Assembly: GCA_965228895.1 (NCBI GenBank)
Contig: OZ245842.1
Location: forward strand, 320,001-384,000
Direction: 5' to 3'
Origin: Alphaproteobacteria bacterium
Lineage (GTDB): Bacteria > Pseudomonadota > Alphaproteobacteria > SP197
Length of the DNA: 64,000 bases
Made by a program: the position numbers and the translations under genes. Each line of letters begins with the position of its first letter. Within the stretch, counting starts at the first letter, position 1. The notes beneath the pieces are model-generated. The model saw only the letters and a list, made by a program, of their open reading frames with translations, was not told the origin of the DNA and made no database searches. Below are positions 61,291-64,000 of the stretch, in pieces.

Positions 61291-61565
61291 CTGGTAAGTC
61301 TTCAAGAAGTCCCTCTGCCTTCTCAAAAACTAGATTCCATCGAAATCTGTTGGGGGTTTGACTGCGGGCCGTCAATCTCGATTGCACGATCATCCCCGGT
61401 GTCATTGTCAGAGCAAACCGGATTACGACGGGTTGAAGTGATCCATAACATCCGGCAACTCACGTTCCATTTTGATTCTTCAACACCTGATCCGGGGCGC
61501 TCGAATAGTAGAAATTAGAATGGCAGGCCAAGATGATTGAGGGCCCGCGCATTTTGCTAGGCGGC

Positions 61566-61756
61566 TTTCGCTGTTCCGGCGAGAAGTTTCCCTGATCCAC
61601 TGCGGAATTTCCCTGTTCGGCCCAACAATTTCCCTGTTCCGTCGCGTAGGGAAATTGTCTCTAAGATGTTGAAAACACTGCAAGAATTGGGACGAAGGAC
61701 TCAGAACTTGGCGAAATTCGATGATATTCCCTGTATTTTCCCTGTTAACAGGGAAA
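61566..61756. repeat. TTTCCCTG repeat array with 21-bp period plus a 20-bp palindrome at the island right end
   Basis: Copies start at 61566, 61587, 61608, 61629; TTTCCCTGTTAACAGGGAAA at 61737-61756. Confidence 0.8.
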
Positions 61757-61797
61757 TCACCGCAGAGACGGGTTCGCAGCAGACTGCCTGCACCACC

Positions 61798-61825
61798 ATT
61801 TTCCATAATGCAGACTATGACGCTG
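61798..61825 (+). repeat. dif-like site 3, directly abutting attR
   Basis: ATTTTCCATAA-TGCAGA-CTATGACGCTG. Confidence 0.6.
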
Positions 61826-62055
61826 ACTGTGATCGATACGATAGCGAAGAGCAGCCAATCGGGTACGATCCCGTGTGCCCCTTGGCCCTGTCTTTTGGGC
61901 AGCTTGATGGTCCAGGCGGCATTGGCATCCATGGACGTTGCTTGTTATCTCGCTTGTAGAGTTCGAGCATCTTTGGACTTTTCGGTGCAGAGGCCGTGGT
62001 TCCAATCTTGATGGTTCCGCGCCGTTGCCGCCGTTGATCAACCCTTTGGGTCGAT

Positions 62056-62826
62056 CTACTTGGTCGGCTTATCACCGACGGGGAGGGGGCGGCCGGCACA
62101 GACGTCCACATAGCGGGTGACGGCGCCTTCCATGCCGTAGATCAAGGCATCCGCCGTCAGGCAGTGACCGATTGACACTTCCAGGAGGTTTGGCAGGGCG
62201 GCGACCAGAGGCGGGAGGTTGTCGAGTGTCAGATCGTGACCGGCGTTCAGGCCAAGTTCCTGGGCCGCCGCAGCCTGGCCGGTGGCAATGACACGATCGA
62301 ACTCCCTGCGCCGAATATCCGCCTCCAAGGCGCCGCCATAGGGGCCGGTGTAGATTTCGATGCGGTCGGCGCCGACCTCGCGGGCCAGGGTCGCAGCGCT
62401 TGGGTCAGGGTCGACGAATATAGAGACACGCATGCCGCCGTCTATGAGGCGCGCGATGATGTCGGTTAGAAAGCTCCGATGATAGCTGATATCCCACCCG
62501 TGGTCGGAGGTTGCCTGGCGGATGTCGTCCGGTACCAAGGTCACCTGATTGGGGCGAACGCGTTCGACGAGTTCGATGAAGCGGGCGTCCGGGTTTCCCT
62601 CGATGTTAAATTCCCGATCGGGAAAGTCGGCTTCGATCATGTCGGCGAGTTGTGTGACATCAGATCGGCGGATGTGACGCTCGTCCGGCCGAGGGTGAAC
62701 GGTAATCCCCGCTGCCCCCGCCGAAAGTGCTGTCCGTGACAGGTCGACGACCGAGGGCCACGGCAGGTTCCGTCTGTTCCGTAGCTGTGCGATGGCATTG
62801 ACGTTGGCCGATAGGGATACTGGCAT
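62056..62826 (-). CDS. pdxJ: Pyridoxine 5'-phosphate synthase
   Basis: ITVHPRPDERHI, NIEG, TLVPD, EIYTG, NAGHDL, EVSIGH. Confidence 0.95.
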   Translation of the reverse strand: MPVSLSANVNAIAQLRNRRNLPWPSVVDLSRTALSAGAAGITVHPRPDERHIRRSDVTQLADMIEADFPDREFNIEGNPDARFIELVERVRPNQVTLVPDDIRQATSDHGWDISYHRSFLTDIIARLIDGGMRVSIFVDPDPSAATLAREVGADRIEIYTGPYGGALEADIRRREFDRVIATGQAAAAQELGLNAGHDLTLDNLPPLVAALPNLLEVSIGHCLTADALIYGMEGAVTRYVDVCAGRPLPVGDKPTK

Positions 62827-63034
62827 CGAATTTCCTCGCCGGAAGTAACAGGAAAGGATTGGCGTATGGCATTCAAACTTTACTCGTTCGCAACTCGTAG
62901 CATTGTCATGGTCCGGTCAGCTGGAATGCGTCAAATACGGAGCGGGCTATGAGTTCGATAATTGTCGCCGCTTCAGTCTATCCAAGATCACATTGTCGAC
63001 GTACGGATCTTCATTTCGAACCTGATCGGCTTCG

Positions 63035-63062
63035 TTTTTCCATAATGTAGATTATGGGATCA
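63035..63062 (+). repeat. dif-like site 4 (closest of the four to E. coli dif in its core)
   Basis: TTTTTCCATAA-TGTAGA-TTATGGGATCA versus E. coli GGTGCGCATAA-TGTATA-TTATGTTAAAT. Confidence 0.65.
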
Positions 63063-63150
63063 CACGCTGCGCCACCTTATGGACTCCGTGGCGTCGTGCT
63101 TTTTTGTCGCTCTGCGCACGCGTTCCGGCCTCAACGTTCGGTCTGACCGT

Positions 63151-63504
63151 TCAGGCCATGCCGTGGAGATCACGCCAGTTGACGGGATAGACAACAATGA
63201 CCGCTTTTGCCCAGGTTGCGCGGTAGACCATCCACGTGCCTTCCGGTAGCCATATGCCGTCGCCCGGCAAAAGGTCGAACGTCCCTTCCTTCGTCTCCAG
63301 ATTGAGTTCACCTTCGAGCACATAGATGTACTCGTCATAGAGAACGGTCCACTCCATATCGCAGTTCTCGAACGTACCGACGGCGGCGCCGAAGCTCTCG
63401 CTCTCGTTCTTTGATACGTCGCGTGCAACATAGATGGCACCGGGGTCACCGCCTATCTGCTCGAAAACGCGGTCCTTTGATTTGACGTAGCGGATACCGG
63501 ACAT
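63151..63504 (-). CDS. EutQ-like cupin protein
   Basis: WTVLYDEYIYVLEG...PGDGIWLPEG...YPVNW. Confidence 0.82.
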   Translation of the reverse strand: MSGIRYVKSKDRVFEQIGGDPGAIYVARDVSKNESESFGAAVGTFENCDMEWTVLYDEYIYVLEGELNLETKEGTFDLLPGDGIWLPEGTWMVYRATWAKAVIVVYPVNWRDLHGMA

Positions 63505-63521
63505 GGTTGTCTTCCTCTCGC

Positions 63522-64000
63522 TCAATACGGCTTGTCGCCGTTGATGGTGACGCGCCACATCAGCCGGCTCTCGTTCGGGTAGTCGTTGGCGGCGTAGTGC
63601 TGGGTGCAGCGGTTGTCCCAGAAGACGAGTGCGCCTTCGCTCCAGCGCACCCTGCAGGTGAACTCCGGCCGCACCATGTGCCGGTAGAGGAAGTCGAGGA
63701 TCGGCGCGGCTTCGTCGGATGTCATGCCGTCGATGCCACAGGTGAAATACTCGTTGACGAAGAGCGCCTTGCGCCCGGTCTCCGGATGGGTGCGCACCAG
63801 GGGATGGACGACCTTGTCCGGCGCCTCGGCAAAGGCGGCATCGCGGCCGTGCCCCTGAAACGCCGTGTGCTCGCCGCGCAAGCCGTCGAGTGTGCGGCGC
63901 ATCGTCGGCGAGAGGCTCTCGTAAGCGAGGTACATGTTGGCGAATAGCGTATCGCCGCCATAGGTCGGAATGGTTTTGGCGTAGAGAAGAGAGCCCAAGG
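63522..64000 (-). CDS. TauD/TfdA family alpha-ketoglutarate-dependent dioxygenase (5' end outside the window)
   Basis: GGDTLFAN, HPLVRTHPETG, WDNRCTQH, R-x-T. Confidence 0.92.
   Translation of the reverse strand, partial: LGSLLYAKTIPTYGGDTLFANMYLAYESLSPTMRRTLDGLRGEHTAFQGHGRDAAFAEAPDKVVHPLVRTHPETGRKALFVNEYFTCGIDGMTSDEAAPILDFLYRHMVRPEFTCRVRWSEGALVFWDNRCTQHYAANDYPNESRLMWRVTINGDKPY

Larger units (their letters stand above)
1963..61798. mobile_element. Genomic island integrated at the tRNA 3' end by a large serine recombinase (attL ~1963-1978, attR ~61779-61798)
   Basis: Serine recombinase next to the tRNA; CCACCA at both ends; the rejoined ends give GCAGACT-N16-AGTCTGC centred on CC; accessory cargo inside. 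Confidence 0.7.

Noticed and set aside
61566-61660. CRISPR array
   Set aside because: Repeats are only 8 bp with 13-bp gaps and there are no cas genes; no CRISPR array was seen elsewhere in the window
61480-61932. 150-aa ORF with NRE repeats
   Set aside because: Shadow translation of the TTTCCCTG repeat array; it crosses attR and dif-like site 3

Overview
This looks like an alphaproteobacterial chromosome segment (inferred from gene content). A tRNA with a CAT anticodon (Ile2-type, 1892-1968) is followed by what appears to be one ~60-kb island integrated by a large serine recombinase. Joining the two island ends recreates a GCAGACT-N16-AGTCTGC inverted repeat centred on the CCACCA shared with the tRNA 3' end (1963-1968 / 61793-61798). 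The island carries four blocks. (i) A recombinase-DUF2924-DUF3489-terminase-DUF5681-ParB/methylase core with no capsid genes. (ii) A defence-type cluster: PD-(D/E)XK nuclease + beta-CASP MBL, a frameshifted RES gene, a Gabija-like pair, a PIN protein and a Cap4-like nuclease-NTPase. (iii) Two genes with a shared helical N-terminus, each preceded by an RNA leader of the same architecture (RBS-sequestering stem plus a 7-nt loop-pairing element). (iv) Catabolic cargo: amine ABC transporter, two Rieske oxygenases, the Box benzoyl-CoA pathway, a sugar ABC transporter and acoABC. Four directly repeated dif-like 28-bp sites (25425, 46728, 61798, 63035) fall at the cargo block boundaries. All calls come from reading motifs by eye; no database searches or folding programs were run.
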